Below, one piece after another: positions 47,882 through 58,179 of a stretch of DNA of 64,000 nt. How positions within the stretch are numbered: position 1 is the first letter of the stretch; each line of letters opens with the position of its first letter. The stretch spans positions 10,159 to 74,158 of the forward strand of contig CAZOBH010000003.1 in assembly GCA_964578175.1 (NCBI GenBank), given 5' to 3'. Source of the DNA: an uncultured Clostridium sp. Its GTDB lineage: Bacteria; Bacillota_I; Bacilli_A; RF39; UBA660. Under the pieces are notes generated by a model that was not told where the DNA came from, made no database searches, and saw only the letters and a program-made list of their open reading frames with translations. Made by a program: the position numbers and the translations under genes.

Positions 47882-48943
47882 TTATTTATCTGTAAAGTTA
47901 AAATCCATATAAATATATCTATCAAATGTATAATTTAAGCATGAATCTATATATTCTTTTGCCTTTAATGATATATCAGATATTCTTTTAATACCATCTT
48001 CAGTTTTAACTAATGGATCAATATATCTTTTCTTAGCTTTGACATTAACACAGTACTTATCCTTTATCTCTTTATCACTAATTTTAACATCAGTTCCATT
48101 TTGCCATTTTTCAAAACATTTAGATATATTATATTTATCACATTTTTTAATCTTTTCTATAATTTCTAATTCTGATAATTCATATAAATCAGATATTGAT
48201 ATTATACCTAGTTCTGACATTTTTTTCATAATATCAGCAAGAAATTGCATTCCAAATCTTCTTTTATCATCCATATATAAACGAGATAACTCACTCATTA
48301 CTTCTACAAATCTTAAAGCTATATCTTTATCTTTAAAACACATTTCTTGTATTCCATTTTCTTTTTCCACAATAATTATATTATCATATATTCTTTTTAT
48401 TTCATCTAATCCCCATATTTTCTTAGTTTGACCTAAAGCATTAGATAAAGTATATTCAAGTCTATCAGCAGACAACATAGGTGTATCATTATCAGCAATG
48501 GGATACATGTGATAGTCTGCTACTTCATCTACTTTTATATTATCTCTAGTTAGTAAATTCATTATCTCAGTTGATTCTAAAATCATATTCTTTGTAAGAT
48601 ACTCAGTTGATTCTTGGGTTTCATGATCATTATTCATAAAATCAATACAATGTTTAAATGAAGGAGTAGAAATATCGTGGAACAAACCAGATAAAGTTTG
48701 TTTCTTATCGTGGGTAAAATGCCATATGATAAGAGCTACTGCAATACTGTGATCTAAACTTGAAAACCAAAATTCAATATCATACATCTTGGAATAATAT
48801 GTACCACAAGAACAACTTATTCTATTTTGTTTCAACATTCTAGGTGTTTCTATATAATCTATTAAAAATTCTGGGAAATCATCTGATAGAATTTTATAAT
48901 AGTCTTTAATAATTGGATTAATAATATCTATGTATTTACTCAT
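47882..48943 (-). CDS. HD-domain phosphohydrolase-like protein. Start at MSKYIDI, which is preceded by AGGTGA.
   Basis: LDHSIAVALIIWHFTHD...LSGLFHDIS, an H...HD...H...D metal-ligand pattern. Confidence 0.6.
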   Translation of the reverse strand: MSKYIDIINPIIKDYYKILSDDFPEFLIDYIETPRMLKQNRISCSCGTYYSKMYDIEFWFSSLDHSIAVALIIWHFTHDKKQTLSGLFHDISTPSFKHCIDFMNNDHETQESTEYLTKNMILESTEIMNLLTRDNIKVDEVADYHMYPIADNDTPMLSADRLEYTLSNALGQTKKIWGLDEIKRIYDNIIIVEKENGIQEMCFKDKDIALRFVEVMSELSRLYMDDKRRFGMQFLADIMKKMSELGIISISDLYELSELEIIEKIKKCDKYNISKCFEKWQNGTDVKISDKEIKDKYCVNVKAKKRYIDPLVKTEDGIKRISDISLKAKEYIDSCLNYTFDRYIYMDFNFTDK

Positions 48944-49003
48944 GTTAAATTCACCTAAAATAATTATACAACAAAACATCACTTTTTATAATCTACTTAT
49001 AGC

Positions 49004-49032
49004 ACAAAAAAAGCCCGAATAATCGGACTTTC
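49004..49032 (-). terminator. Terminator of the rplM-rpsI operon
   Basis: AAAGtCCGA-ttat-TCGGGCTTT hairpin followed by U7 on the minus strand. Confidence 0.55.
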
Positions 49033-49038
49033 AAATTT

Positions 49039-49458
49039 TTATCTCTTACTAAATTGTGGAGCACGACGTGCTTTCTTTAATCCTGGTTTCTTACGTTCTT
49101 TAATTCTAGAATCTCTTGTAATAAATCCAGCTGGTTTTAAAATCTTTCTAAAACTATCTTCATTTCCTTCATTTGGTTTATCATATTCAAGAAGTGCTCT
49201 AGTAATTCCTAATCTAATAGCACCAGTTTGTCCTGAGAAACCTCCACCTTTAACTTGAACTTCTACATCAAAAATTTCTTTTGTATTAGTTAATTCAAGT
49301 GGTTGAACTAAATCCATAACTAATGTTTCATAAGGTAGATATTCATGAACATCTTTACCATTAACAGTTATTTTTCCTTTTCCAGGAACTAATTTAACTT
49401 TTGCAATACTAGTTTTTCTTTTTCCAGTACCATAGTATACTTTATCATTCTTTGCCAT
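49039..49458 (-). CDS. rpsI: 30S ribosomal protein S9
   Basis: C-terminus [14 protein letters not shown]. Confidence 0.95.
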   Translation of the reverse strand: MAKNDKVYYGTGKRKTSIAKVKLVPGKGKITVNGKDVHEYLPYETLVMDLVQPLELTNTKEIFDVEVQVKGGGFSGQTGAIRLGITRALLEYDKPNEGNEDSFRKILKPAGFITRDSRIKERKKPGLKKARRAPQFSKR

Positions 49459-49471
49459 TACAACCTACCTC

Positions 49472-49903
49472 CTATTTAATTTCCATCTTTTCTGGTTTTT
49501 GAGCAATGTGTGGATGTTCACTACCAGTATAAACAAATAATTTTTTATACATTTGTCTTCCTAATCTATTATGAGGAAGCATTCCTTTTACAGCTCTTTC
49601 TACCATTTCAACTGGATATTTTTCTTTCATAGTTTTAGCGTTTCTTACTCTTAATCCTCCTGGATACATTGAGTGATTATAATACATTTTATCTTCTAGT
49701 TTATTACCAGTTAATGCAACTTTATCAGCGTTAATGATAATAACATAATCACCACAATCTAAATGTGGAGTATAAGTAGGTTTATTCTTTCCACGTAAGA
49801 TATGTGCTGCTTTAGTAGCAACTCTACCTAAAATTTGATCTTCTGCATCGATAACGTACCATTTACGTTCGATTGTTTCCTTTTTTTGCATATAGCTATT
49901 CAT
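49472..49903 (-). CDS. rplM: 50S ribosomal protein L13
   Basis: L13 family pattern. Position ahead of rpsI. Confidence 0.95.
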   Translation of the reverse strand: MNSYMQKKETIERKWYVIDAEDQILGRVATKAAHILRGKNKPTYTPHLDCGDYVIIINADKVALTGNKLEDKMYYNHSMYPGGLRVRNAKTMKEKYPVEMVERAVKGMLPHNRLGRQMYKKLFVYTGSEHPHIAQKPEKMEIK

Positions 49904-49973
49904 AATTATTTTCTCCTTAATATATATGACTTTCCGGCCAAAGTCTTATATGGGATTCAATGTACCAGTTTGA

Positions 49974-50002
49974 ATTATACTAAAATGCTCCTAAAATGTC
50001 AA
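49974..50002 (-). promoter_or_regulatory. Consensus sigma-A promoter for rplM-rpsI (TTGACA, 17-nt spacer, TATAAT) plus a leader hairpin
   Basis: Exact -35/-10 hexamers with a 17-nt spacer. The leader contains a GACTTT-ggccgg-AAAGTC hairpin (49928-49945 on the plus strand). Confidence 0.6.
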
Positions 50003-50026
50003 TAATTTCAAGCAAAATAAAAGGAA

Positions 50027-50758
50027 TTAGTAATTTACTTTAAATAAATACAATCCCTCACTTTTAGCAGTATATACATACTTATCATATTTTTTATCTT
50101 CAAATATTTTATCGATGATATCAACATCCAGTTTACCAGCACCAATTTTTATTAATGTACCTACCATATTCCTAATTTGGTACTTCATAAATCCATTACC
50201 AGTAAAAGAAATAGTAATTATATCTTTATCTTTAGCTATATTTACTTTATATATTTCTCTAACATAATTATCTTTTTTTGCATTCTTAGAAACAAAAGAT
50301 TCGAAATTATGTATACCAATATATTTCTTTATCGCTAAATTCATTTTATCAATATCTAATTCCCTATTGTATTGATAAACATAATTTCTATCTAACGGAT
50401 TATATTCACCTACGTTAATTTTATAGATATACTCTTTTTCTTTAACCATATATCTTGGATGAAAATCATCATCAATTCTATTTACCTCAAAAACATGTAT
50501 ATCATCTGGTAAAAATGTATTCAAAGCTCTTTTCAATTTATAATCAGTTATTGATATATCTAATGTAAAAGAAACAACTTGATCCAATGCATGAACTCCT
50601 CTATCAGTTCTACCAGATGCTGTTACCTTACTATAAATATTATTATTAATCTCTTTAACTGCTCTTTCTAATTCACTTTCAACACATCTTTTATTAGGTT
50701 GTTTTTCATACCCATAAAAATTGGTTCCATCATAAGATAATCTAACAATATATCTCAT
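50027..50758 (-). CDS. truA: tRNA pseudouridine(38-40) synthase TruA
   Basis: MRYIVRLSYDGTNFYGYEKQP. Catalytic Asp in a RTDRGVHA motif. Confidence 0.9.
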   Translation of the reverse strand: MRYIVRLSYDGTNFYGYEKQPNKRCVESELERAVKEINNNIYSKVTASGRTDRGVHALDQVVSFTLDISITDYKLKRALNTFLPDDIHVFEVNRIDDDFHPRYMVKEKEYIYKINVGEYNPLDRNYVYQYNRELDIDKMNLAIKKYIGIHNFESFVSKNAKKDNYVREIYKVNIAKDKDIITISFTGNGFMKYQIRNMVGTLIKIGAGKLDVDIIDKIFEDKKYDKYVYTAKSEGLYLFKVNY

Positions 50759-50759
50759 A

Positions 50760-51389
50760 TTACATACCAAATACTATAACTATAACAAAGAATAGTAATG
50801 TAACTGCTATATAAAAATTGTCATAATTATTCCAAGAGAAAGACAACTTACTCTTCTTATTAGTAAAGAATCTATCAAATCTCATCTTATCTAATAAATA
50901 TAAATCATCAATTCTTACTTCAGCTTTCTTCTCAGCTTCTTCTTTTAAGAATTTTTTATATTTATCTTTTTCAAATAAGTATTTATTAACACTTTCATTA
51001 TAATCATCAATTTCATTAATAATATCTTTGTAATAGTATCTTCTCATATATCTTTTTAATTGTTTTGTAGTTCTATTTCTATAAAATAATTTATCATATA
51101 GATATCTCTTTTCTAGAGATAATAAACTTGACTCTATTATTAAAGCATATAAAATGACTAAACATACTCTTAACGCTATAAACGTTGGTAAATTATAAGG
51201 TACTAAATATGTTACTAAAAACAATAAAAGAGAGATAAAAAACAAAATCTTATTTTTATTTAAAAAACTAACAATAAAAATCATACCACATATCAATAAG
51301 AAAATATTGTAATTTTTAATAATAACCATTGATATAACTAAAAGGATAAAACTAACTAACTTACCATAAAAACTTAAACCCTTATACAT
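50760..51389 (-). CDS. Polytopic membrane protein in the EcfT position (short and divergent; possible degenerate ECF T-component)
   Basis: Synteny (ecfA-ecfA-X-truA) and TM helices. No recognisable EcfT coupling motif. 209 aa versus the usual ~265. Confidence 0.35.
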   Translation of the reverse strand: MYKGLSFYGKLVSFILLVISMVIIKNYNIFLLICGMIFIVSFLNKNKILFFISLLLFLVTYLVPYNLPTFIALRVCLVILYALIIESSLLSLEKRYLYDKLFYRNRTTKQLKRYMRRYYYKDIINEIDDYNESVNKYLFEKDKYKKFLKEEAEKKAEVRIDDLYLLDKMRFDRFFTNKKSKLSFSWNNYDNFYIAVTLLFFVIVIVFGM

Positions 51390-52170
51390 GTTTATAAATA
51401 TCCTTTATTATATCTCTTGTATCTTTGTGATAAGATAATTTAACAGATTTTTTAGTCTTAGCTAGGTAAGTTACTTTAGTTATACTTGGCATTGGTATGA
51501 TGCCCCCTTTCATAATCTCAGGTGATGTAAATATTTTATCAGTTTGTCCATTCTTATATACTTGATTATTATCTAATAATAATGTTTCATCTGTATATTG
51601 ATATAAAATATTAGTATCGTTTGATGTAATAATTACTAATTTATGATCCTCTTTTAAATTATTTATAATTGTTGCAAGAATTTTCATATTTTTATGATCT
51701 AGTCCTAAAGCATAATTCTTAAATAAAATTACTTCAGGTCCAAATGATAAATTAACAGCAATTGTTAATAAATATTTTTCACTTCTAGATAAAGTATTAA
51801 TACTTCTTCCTAATATATTTTCTTTTAAATTAACTAAACCAATAAACTTTTTAATTATTTTGTCATAATCTCCAGATACTTTTCTAAGTTGTAAATTAAA
51901 TCTAAATTCTTCTTCTACTTTATTTGTATAAAATCTAGGCATACTATCTATAAGTGCAATTGAACTCGAATTATTTTTATAAAATGATTCATTTATTTCA
52001 TTTTTATCATATTGAATATTACCTGAATAATCACTTATATCTCCATTAATAATATCTAATATATATTTTGAATTATCTCCATATATACCAAATATTCTAT
52101 TATTTCCTATTCTAAAAGATATGTCATCTAAATAGTCTTTATATTTTAAATTATTTACTACTAATCCCAT
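51382..52170 (-). CDS. EcfA2-like ABC ATPase homolog with eroded catalytic motifs (pseudo-ATPase)
   Basis: Alignable to the EcfA2 layout, but Walker A reads GIYGDNSKY, the signature motif reads LSRSEK, and Walker B reads ILFKNY. Confidence 0.55.
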   Translation of the reverse strand: MGLVVNNLKYKDYLDDISFRIGNNRIFGIYGDNSKYILDIINGDISDYSGNIQYDKNEINESFYKNNSSSIALIDSMPRFYTNKVEEEFRFNLQLRKVSGDYDKIIKKFIGLVNLKENILGRSINTLSRSEKYLLTIAVNLSFGPEVILFKNYALGLDHKNMKILATIINNLKEDHKLVIITSNDTNILYQYTDETLLLDNNQVYKNGQTDKIFTSPEIMKGGIIPMPSITKVTYLAKTKKSVKLSYHKDTRDIIKDIYKHV

Positions 52171-52985
52171 AATGTATCAACCATCTCTTCTTCATTTAAT
52201 ATTACTTTATCTAATAAATTATAAAATTTTAATTTTAAAGACATATCCATCATCACAGGTATTTCAATTCCAATTTTAGTTAACGTATTATCATGTTCTA
52301 ATATATCTTTAAGTCTACCACTATATACTATTGTTCCTTCATTAAGAATTAATAAAGCATCACTATATATTGCCTCTTCTAAATCAGAAGTAGTCATAAT
52401 AACAATAAGTTTTAGCTCTTTTATTATTTTTCTAAGCATTAATAATACTCTTTCTTTATCTTCGGTAGATAATGTTGTTAATATATCATCTAATAATAAT
52501 ACCTTTGGTTCATATATTATAGTAGTAGCAAGTAATACTTTTATTTTCTCAAATTCAGTTAAATCAGAAATACTCTTATTCAATATATCTTGTAAGAATA
52601 ATAGTTTTTTAATCTTATTAACTTGTTGTTTTATTTTCTTCTTACTATAGTTCAAATTATATAAAGGAAATGATACTTCATCTATTACTTTACCAAATAG
52701 GAATTGTTTATTATCCAATGAAAATATAGTCCCAATACTTCTAGAATACTTTCTAATAGTCTTCTTATTTAATGTATCTTCATCTATACTTATTTCCCCA
52801 TCAGTTGGAACAACTCCAGATAAGCATTTGATAAAAGTAGTTTTTCCTCCATTATTCGGAGCAATAAAAGATATTAAAGATGGAACTTTTACTTTAAAAT
52901 TAATATCTTTTAAAATTTCCTTATCACCATATTTAAAACTTAAATCATTAATAGAAATCACACTCATAGAATCACCTTGTCTCAT
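52161..52985 (-). CDS. EcfA1-like ABC ATPase homolog with partly degenerate motifs
   Basis: Walker A APNNGGKTT. The signature region reads ISDLTEFEK rather than LSGGQ. Walker B VLLLDD. Confidence 0.55.
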   Translation of the reverse strand: MRQGDSMSVISINDLSFKYGDKEILKDINFKVKVPSLISFIAPNNGGKTTFIKCLSGVVPTDGEISIDEDTLNKKTIRKYSRSIGTIFSLDNKQFLFGKVIDEVSFPLYNLNYSKKKIKQQVNKIKKLLFLQDILNKSISDLTEFEKIKVLLATTIIYEPKVLLLDDILTTLSTEDKERVLLMLRKIIKELKLIVIMTTSDLEEAIYSDALLILNEGTIVYSGRLKDILEHDNTLTKIGIEIPVMMDMSLKLKFYNLLDKVILNEEEMVDTLWD

Positions 52986-53012
52986 TATTATATTATAAAA
53001 AAGTTAAAAGGT

Positions 53013-53780
53013 CTACTTACCTTTTCGACTTTTTAACTTTTGTTTTTGTATTTTATATGTAAATTTAGCTAGTTTCTTAGTTGATAAGAATCTAGAACCA
53101 AAAATAGCTAGTTTCATTTTTACTCCAGGAATTATAATTAATTTATTTTTAAACATTTTATCGATAGCATATCTAGCTACTTTTTCACTAGACAAAGCTT
53201 TAACTCCAAATTCAACATTTGCTACATTGTTAAAGTTAGTATTAACTGGTCCAGGACATAAACATGAAACATGTACATTTGATTTTTCTCTTCTTAATTC
53301 TTCATATAAGGATGTAGTAAATCTTAGTACATAAGCTTTTGTACTATAATAAGTAGTCATTAAAGGCCCCGGCATAAATGCTGCTGATGAGGCAACATTT
53401 AAAATATAACCTTTATTTTTCTTTTTCATCTCTTTAAGAAATAATTTAGTTAATACATGAACAGCAATAATATTTGTATTAATCATTTCTATTTCTTTAC
53501 TCAAATCTAATTCATCAAAATTACCACACAAACCAAAACCTGCATTGTTTATTAATACATCTACATCTTCGTTTTTGCACAAAACAAATATATCTTTTAA
53601 TTTACTTTCAATAGATAAATCAGCAACTATTATTTTTACATTTGTTTTTATATCTTTTTGCATAAACTGTAGTTTTTCCTTATCTCTTGCAACTAGAATT
53701 AAATCATAACCAAGTTCAGCAAGATAATAAGACATATCTTTTCCAATACCAGATGATGCGCCAGTTATTAATGCTTTCAT
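53013..53780 (-). CDS. SDR-family short-chain dehydrogenase/reductase
   Basis: TGASSGIG cofactor motif and a YxxxK region. Confidence 0.8.
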   Translation of the reverse strand: MKALITGASSGIGKDMSYYLAELGYDLILVARDKEKLQFMQKDIKTNVKIIVADLSIESKLKDIFVLCKNEDVDVLINNAGFGLCGNFDELDLSKEIEMINTNIIAVHVLTKLFLKEMKKKNKGYILNVASSAAFMPGPLMTTYYSTKAYVLRFTTSLYEELRREKSNVHVSCLCPGPVNTNFNNVANVEFGVKALSSEKVARYAIDKMFKNKLIIIPGVKMKLAIFGSRFLSTKKLAKFTYKIQKQKLKSRKGK

Positions 53781-53813
53781 ACAATCATCTCCATTACCAT
53801 TATATCATACTAT

Positions 53814-54890
53814 TTAAATATCAAAGAAATCTCTTATTAATTCTATATCTTTTTTACTTATATCTTTTACATCTTTAGATTTACTAATATCTACTGATGG
53901 CATAGTTTTATTTATTTCTTCAATAGTTAATGTATAATTTAATTTTAAACTATCTAAGTTAGTAGATAATTCTAAATTAATTTTTTTATCTTTTAATGTA
54001 TATTTTAATGTACCAATAGAATTATTTTTTAAATTCATAAATTCTATATTAAAAATATTATCCTTGTATGTTCCTTTTCCTTTAAATAAGGAATCAACAT
54101 ATAAATCAATTTTGTTATTATTAAAATCAATATATGAATTTTTCTTATTATTAATATATGTAATTCTTAAATGATTTTTATAATTAAATAATTGAAACGA
54201 GATATTCTCTTTAGAATCTATCTCTAATTCTGTTACTATCGGATTATTTTTATATACATAAACAGATAACACACAATTATATTTATTATCTTTTATTTGA
54301 TCCGTAAAACTATTTGATATATTAAAATTATTAAAGAATTTAATTAATGTATCATTATTAATTTTTAATGAATACTTTTTAGTTTTAAATTTATCATTAT
54401 TAATATTAATTGTTTCATTAGTTTTTGTATAATCTTTTTTATATGTATTATTTTTTAAAAAATCTATATAATCTTTATAATTCATTTTTAAATTTTCGTA
54501 ATTAGTATAATAATAACTATCTTGTATTTTAAAATATAATTTATTATCACGATTAAATGCTTTTAAATTATTTTTATCCCTATTTAATGATAGATAGATT
54601 ATATTATCTTTGTAGTAGACATCTCCAGTTAGATTAACTAGATTATCATTATAATTTAATTTTTGTTCTATATTTACACTATAATCATCGTCTAAAAATG
54701 TTGCATACTTATTAATTATTTCATTATATGTTTTTTGTGTTATATCAGCGCTATTATCAATGTATTTGTAAAACTTATTTTTAGGATGATTAAAATAGAA
54801 TAAAAAAGCTAGAAATAGTATGACAATTATTAGAAAAATAAAGAAACTTTTCTTAACTCTTAATTTTTTCTTTTTTCTTTTTTTGTTCAT
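53814..54890 (-). CDS. Secreted or membrane-anchored N/K/Y-rich hypothetical protein
   Basis: Poly-K N-terminus plus a TM helix. Low-complexity composition. Confidence 0.4.
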   Translation of the reverse strand: MNKKRKKKKLRVKKSFFIFLIIVILFLAFLFYFNHPKNKFYKYIDNSADITQKTYNEIINKYATFLDDDYSVNIEQKLNYNDNLVNLTGDVYYKDNIIYLSLNRDKNNLKAFNRDNKLYFKIQDSYYYTNYENLKMNYKDYIDFLKNNTYKKDYTKTNETININNDKFKTKKYSLKINNDTLIKFFNNFNISNSFTDQIKDNKYNCVLSVYVYKNNPIVTELEIDSKENISFQLFNYKNHLRITYINNKKNSYIDFNNNKIDLYVDSLFKGKGTYKDNIFNIEFMNLKNNSIGTLKYTLKDKKINLELSTNLDSLKLNYTLTIEEINKTMPSVDISKSKDVKDISKKDIELIRDFFDI

Positions 54891-54913
54891 ACTATCACCT
54901 GTATAAATTATAA

Positions 54914-54946
54914 CACAAAAAAAGAAGTTTAATATTAAACTTCTAA
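54914..54946 (-). terminator. Terminator of the alpha operon, after rplQ
   Basis: AGAAGTTTA-atat-TAAACTTCT hairpin followed by U7 on the minus strand. Confidence 0.6.
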
Positions 54947-55294
54947 TTATTCTTCTACTAACTCTAAAATTGCCATTAGAGAATTATCTCCTCTTCTTTC
55001 TGACAATTTAATTATTCTAGTATATCCACCATTTCTTTTTGCGTATTTAGTTGCAAGTTCATCAAATACTTTCTTAACAGCTGCTTCATCATTTTGTAAA
55101 AATGCAAGAGCTTTTCTTCTAGAAACTAAGTTTCCATTTTTACCATAAGTAATCATTTTGTCGACAAACTTACGAACTTCTTTAGCTCTAGTCTCAGTTG
55201 TTTCAATTCTACCGTTCATAATAACATCTTTAGTAAGATTAGCAAGCATACTTCTTCTATGCTTATTATCAACACCTAATTTTCTATATGCCAT
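54947..55294 (-). CDS. rplQ: 50S ribosomal protein L17
   Basis: MAYRKLG...RRGDN pattern. Confidence 0.95.
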   Translation of the reverse strand: MAYRKLGVDNKHRRSMLANLTKDVIMNGRIETTETRAKEVRKFVDKMITYGKNGNLVSRRKALAFLQNDEAAVKKVFDELATKYAKRNGGYTRIIKLSERRGDNSLMAILELVEE

Positions 55295-55309
55295 ATTAAT
55301 TCCTCCTTA

Positions 55310-56260
55310 CTAGTCTTCGTCTTTTAATACTAAACCTAGTTCTTTAACTTTGTCTAATACTTCTTTTAAAGACTTCTTTCCTAAATTATGAATTTTCATA
55401 ATATCACTTTCAGTCATATTAACTAAATCATGAAGTGTATGAATATTTGCTCTCTTTAAACAATTATATGCACGAGCAGAGAAATCTAAATCTTCAATAG
55501 TTACTTCTAAAGCTTTGACTTTTGAATCTTCAGTTTTTTCAATCATCATACCAGTAACATCTGCTATTTCAGATAGATCTGTTAATAGTTCAAAATGTTC
55601 AATTAAGATTCTTGCAGCTAATGCTACAGCTTCTTCTGGTTTAATTGATCCATTAGTCCAAACTTGAAGAACTAATTTATCATAACTTTCATCTTGCCCT
55701 ACACGAGCACTCTCAACATCATAAGAAACTCTTTCAATTGGAGAAAATAAAGAATCTACTGGAATAATTCCAACTTTTTTAATATCTAATAACTTCTTAT
55801 TTTCTTCACTTCTAACATATCCACGACCATTTGATACAGTCATTTCCATAACTAAACTTCCACCTTTAGCAACATTAGCTATTACTAAATCTGGATTAAG
55901 TATTTCAATGTCACTGTCATGATCTATATCTCCAGCAGTAACTGGACCTTCTTTAGATACATTGATTCTTACAGTTTTCATTTCTTCTGAATAATTTTTT
56001 ATTACTATTTTCTTTAAATTAAGAATAATTGTAGTAACATCTTCAACAATTCCTTCAATTGTTTGGAATTCATGAAGTGCTCCTTCAATTTTAACACTAC
56101 TTATTGCGCTACCAGGAAGTGAAGATAACATTACTCTTCTTAGTGCATTTCCTAAAGTAGTACCAAATCCTCTCTCTAATGGTTCTAATTCAAACTTACC
56201 ATAGAAATTATTTTCTACATAATCAGTTATTTTATAACTTGGTTTTTTAAATTCAATCAT
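55310..56260 (-). CDS. rpoA: DNA-directed RNA polymerase subunit alpha
   Basis: 316 aa. NTD/CTD pattern and synteny. Confidence 0.95.
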   Translation of the reverse strand: MIEFKKPSYKITDYVENNFYGKFELEPLERGFGTTLGNALRRVMLSSLPGSAISSVKIEGALHEFQTIEGIVEDVTTIILNLKKIVIKNYSEEMKTVRINVSKEGPVTAGDIDHDSDIEILNPDLVIANVAKGGSLVMEMTVSNGRGYVRSEENKKLLDIKKVGIIPVDSLFSPIERVSYDVESARVGQDESYDKLVLQVWTNGSIKPEEAVALAARILIEHFELLTDLSEIADVTGMMIEKTEDSKVKALEVTIEDLDFSARAYNCLKRANIHTLHDLVNMTESDIMKIHNLGKKSLKEVLDKVKELGLVLKDED

Positions 56261-56281
56261 GAAACTACCTCCCTTTTATTA

Positions 56282-56665
56282 TTAACCACGTGGACGTTTT
56301 GGTGGACGACATCCGTTATGTGGAATTGGTGTCACGTCTGTAATTGCAGTTATTTCAAGTCCTGCAGTTTGAAGTGATCTAATAGCTGTTTCACGTCCAG
56401 GACCTAGTCCTTTTACAAATACTTCAACTTTTCTCATTCCTAAATCAAATGCAGCTTTTCCTGCAGCTTCTGCAGCTTGTCCAGCAGCAAATGGTGTAGA
56501 TTTCTTACTTCCTTTGAAACCTATAGCTCCACTACTAGCCCAAGAAATTACATTTCCTTCTTTATCACTGATAGTTGTTATTGTATTATTAAATGTTGCA
56601 TGAATATGTGCTACACCTTCAGGAACATTTTTCTTAACTTTTCTTTTTCTTGTCTTATAAGCCAT
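56282..56665 (-). CDS. rpsK: 30S ribosomal protein S11
   Basis: Family pattern and synteny. Confidence 0.95.
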   Translation of the reverse strand: MAYKTRKRKVKKNVPEGVAHIHATFNNTITTISDKEGNVISWASSGAIGFKGSKKSTPFAAGQAAEAAGKAAFDLGMRKVEVFVKGLGPGRETAIRSLQTAGLEITAITDVTPIPHNGCRPPKRPRG

Positions 56666-56687
56666 AATCCGTAGACCTCCTTTTTAA

Positions 56688-57059
56688 CTAACTAGCTTTC
56701 TTCTTATTTGCTACTGTTTTTCCTCTACCTTTACGAGTACGAGCGTTACTTCTAGTTGATTGTCCTCTTACAGGTAAACCTCTTTTATGACGAACTCCTT
56801 GATAACAGTTAATTTCCATTTTAGTTTTAATGTTCATATTAACTTCTCTTCTTAAATCTCCTTCAACTAAATGTTTAGAGATTTCTTCTCTTATTTTATC
56901 AAGTTCTTCATCACTTAAATCTTTTACTCTTCTTGTTGGATCAATTTTAACATTATCTAAAATAGTCAATGCTAAATTCTTTCCTATTCCATAAATATAA
57001 GTTAATGATGTACCAACTTGTTTATCATTTGGTATATCTACTCCTTTTATACGAGCCAT
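56688..57059 (-). CDS. rpsM: 30S ribosomal protein S13
   Basis: [11 protein letters not shown]-terminus. Confidence 0.95.
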   Translation of the reverse strand: MARIKGVDIPNDKQVGTSLTYIYGIGKNLALTILDNVKIDPTRRVKDLSDEELDKIREEISKHLVEGDLRREVNMNIKTKMEINCYQGVRHKRGLPVRGQSTRSNARTRKGRGKTVANKKKAS

Positions 57060-57078
57060 CTAAATGCACTTCCTTTCA

Positions 57079-57192
57079 TTAACCTTGTACTTGTTTGTGC
57101 TTTGGGTTTTCACAAATTACCATAACTTTTCCATTACGTTTGATAACTTTGCATTTAGCACACATTTTCTTTACTGATGATCTTACTTTCAT
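57079..57192 (-). CDS. rpmJ: 50S ribosomal protein L36 (zinc-ribbon form). Absent from the ORF track because it is below the length cutoff.
   Basis: Hand translation: [37 protein letters not shown]. Confidence 0.9.
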   Translation of the reverse strand: MKVRSSVKKMCAKCKVIKRNGKVMVICENPKHKQVQG

Positions 57193-57206
57193 ATTTTTCC
57201 CTCCTA

Positions 57207-57422
57207 TTATTTCCTATAGGTAATTCGCCCACGTGTTAAGTCATAAGGCGATAGTTCTAACATTACGGTATCCCCCGGTAAAATGCGAATGTAATTCATA
57301 CGGATTTTACCAGAAACGTGAGCTTCCACAATGTAACCATTCTCAAGTTCTACTTTAAACTTACCACCGGGTAATATTTCAAGAACTTTTCCTTCAACTT
57401 CAATTGTATCATCTTTTGCCAT
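57207..57422 (-). CDS. infA: Translation initiation factor IF-1
   Basis: 71 aa. [13 protein letters not shown]... Confidence 0.95.
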   Translation of the reverse strand: MAKDDTIEVEGKVLEILPGGKFKVELENGYIVEAHVSGKIRMNYIRILPGDTVMLELSPYDLTRGRITYRK

Positions 57423-57426
57423 ACAA

Positions 57427-58176
57427 TCACTCCTTTGTTAGGATTTCATACCCGTCATCTGTGATGACTACAGTATGTTCAAAATGACCAGATAAACTAC
57501 CGTCGTCTGTCTTTATAGTCCATCCATCTTCCAACATATATATATCTGGACTTCCAATTGTTAACATAGGTTCAACTGCTATTACCATACCAGTTCTTAG
57601 GATAGGTCCACTTCCTGCTTTACCATAATTTGGAACATATGGTTCTTCATGTAAATTTCTTCCTATTCCATGCCCAGTTAACTCTTTGATAACACCTAAA
57701 TGATATCTATTAGCATATTCTTCAACTGCATGAGAAATATCTCCTACACGGCATCCATTTTTTATAACAGATAATCCTGCATATAAAGCTTCCTCAGTAT
57801 GTTCAAGTATATATTGTGCATCACTTGATACTTTCCCAACAGGATAACTCCAACCAGAGTCACCATGATATCCTTTATAACAAGCACATATATCAAGAGT
57901 TACAATATCTCCTTCCTTCAATTTTCTTTTGGAAGAAGCGATTCCATGTACTACTTCATCATTAATACTAATACATATATTAGCAGGATATCCTTCATAT
58001 CCTTTACATGATGGAGTAGCACCTTTACTAATTATGAAATCTCTTGCTAAATCATCTATCTCTTTAGTTGTTATTCCTGGTTTAATAAATGGTTTTAAAT
58101 ATTGATGCGTTTCATATACTATATGTCCAGCTTCTCTCATTAATTCTATTTCTCTTGAACTTTTAACTTCTACCAT
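57427..58176 (-). CDS. map: Methionine aminopeptidase type I
   Basis: Metal-ligand pattern (D, D, H, E, E) and synteny. Confidence 0.9.
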   Translation of the reverse strand: MVEVKSSREIELMREAGHIVYETHQYLKPFIKPGITTKEIDDLARDFIISKGATPSCKGYEGYPANICISINDEVVHGIASSKRKLKEGDIVTLDICACYKGYHGDSGWSYPVGKVSSDAQYILEHTEEALYAGLSVIKNGCRVGDISHAVEEYANRYHLGVIKELTGHGIGRNLHEEPYVPNYGKAGSGPILRTGMVIAVEPMLTIGSPDIYMLEDGWTIKTDDGSLSGHFEHTVVITDDGYEILTKE

Positions 58177-58179
58177 TTA

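Noticed and set aside
48039-48431. 130-aa plus-strand ORF
   Set aside because: Antisense to the HD-domain gene.
53687-53878. 63-aa plus-strand ORF
   Set aside because: Antisense to the SDR gene start.
56477-56674. 65-aa plus-strand ORF
   Set aside because: Antisense to rpsK.
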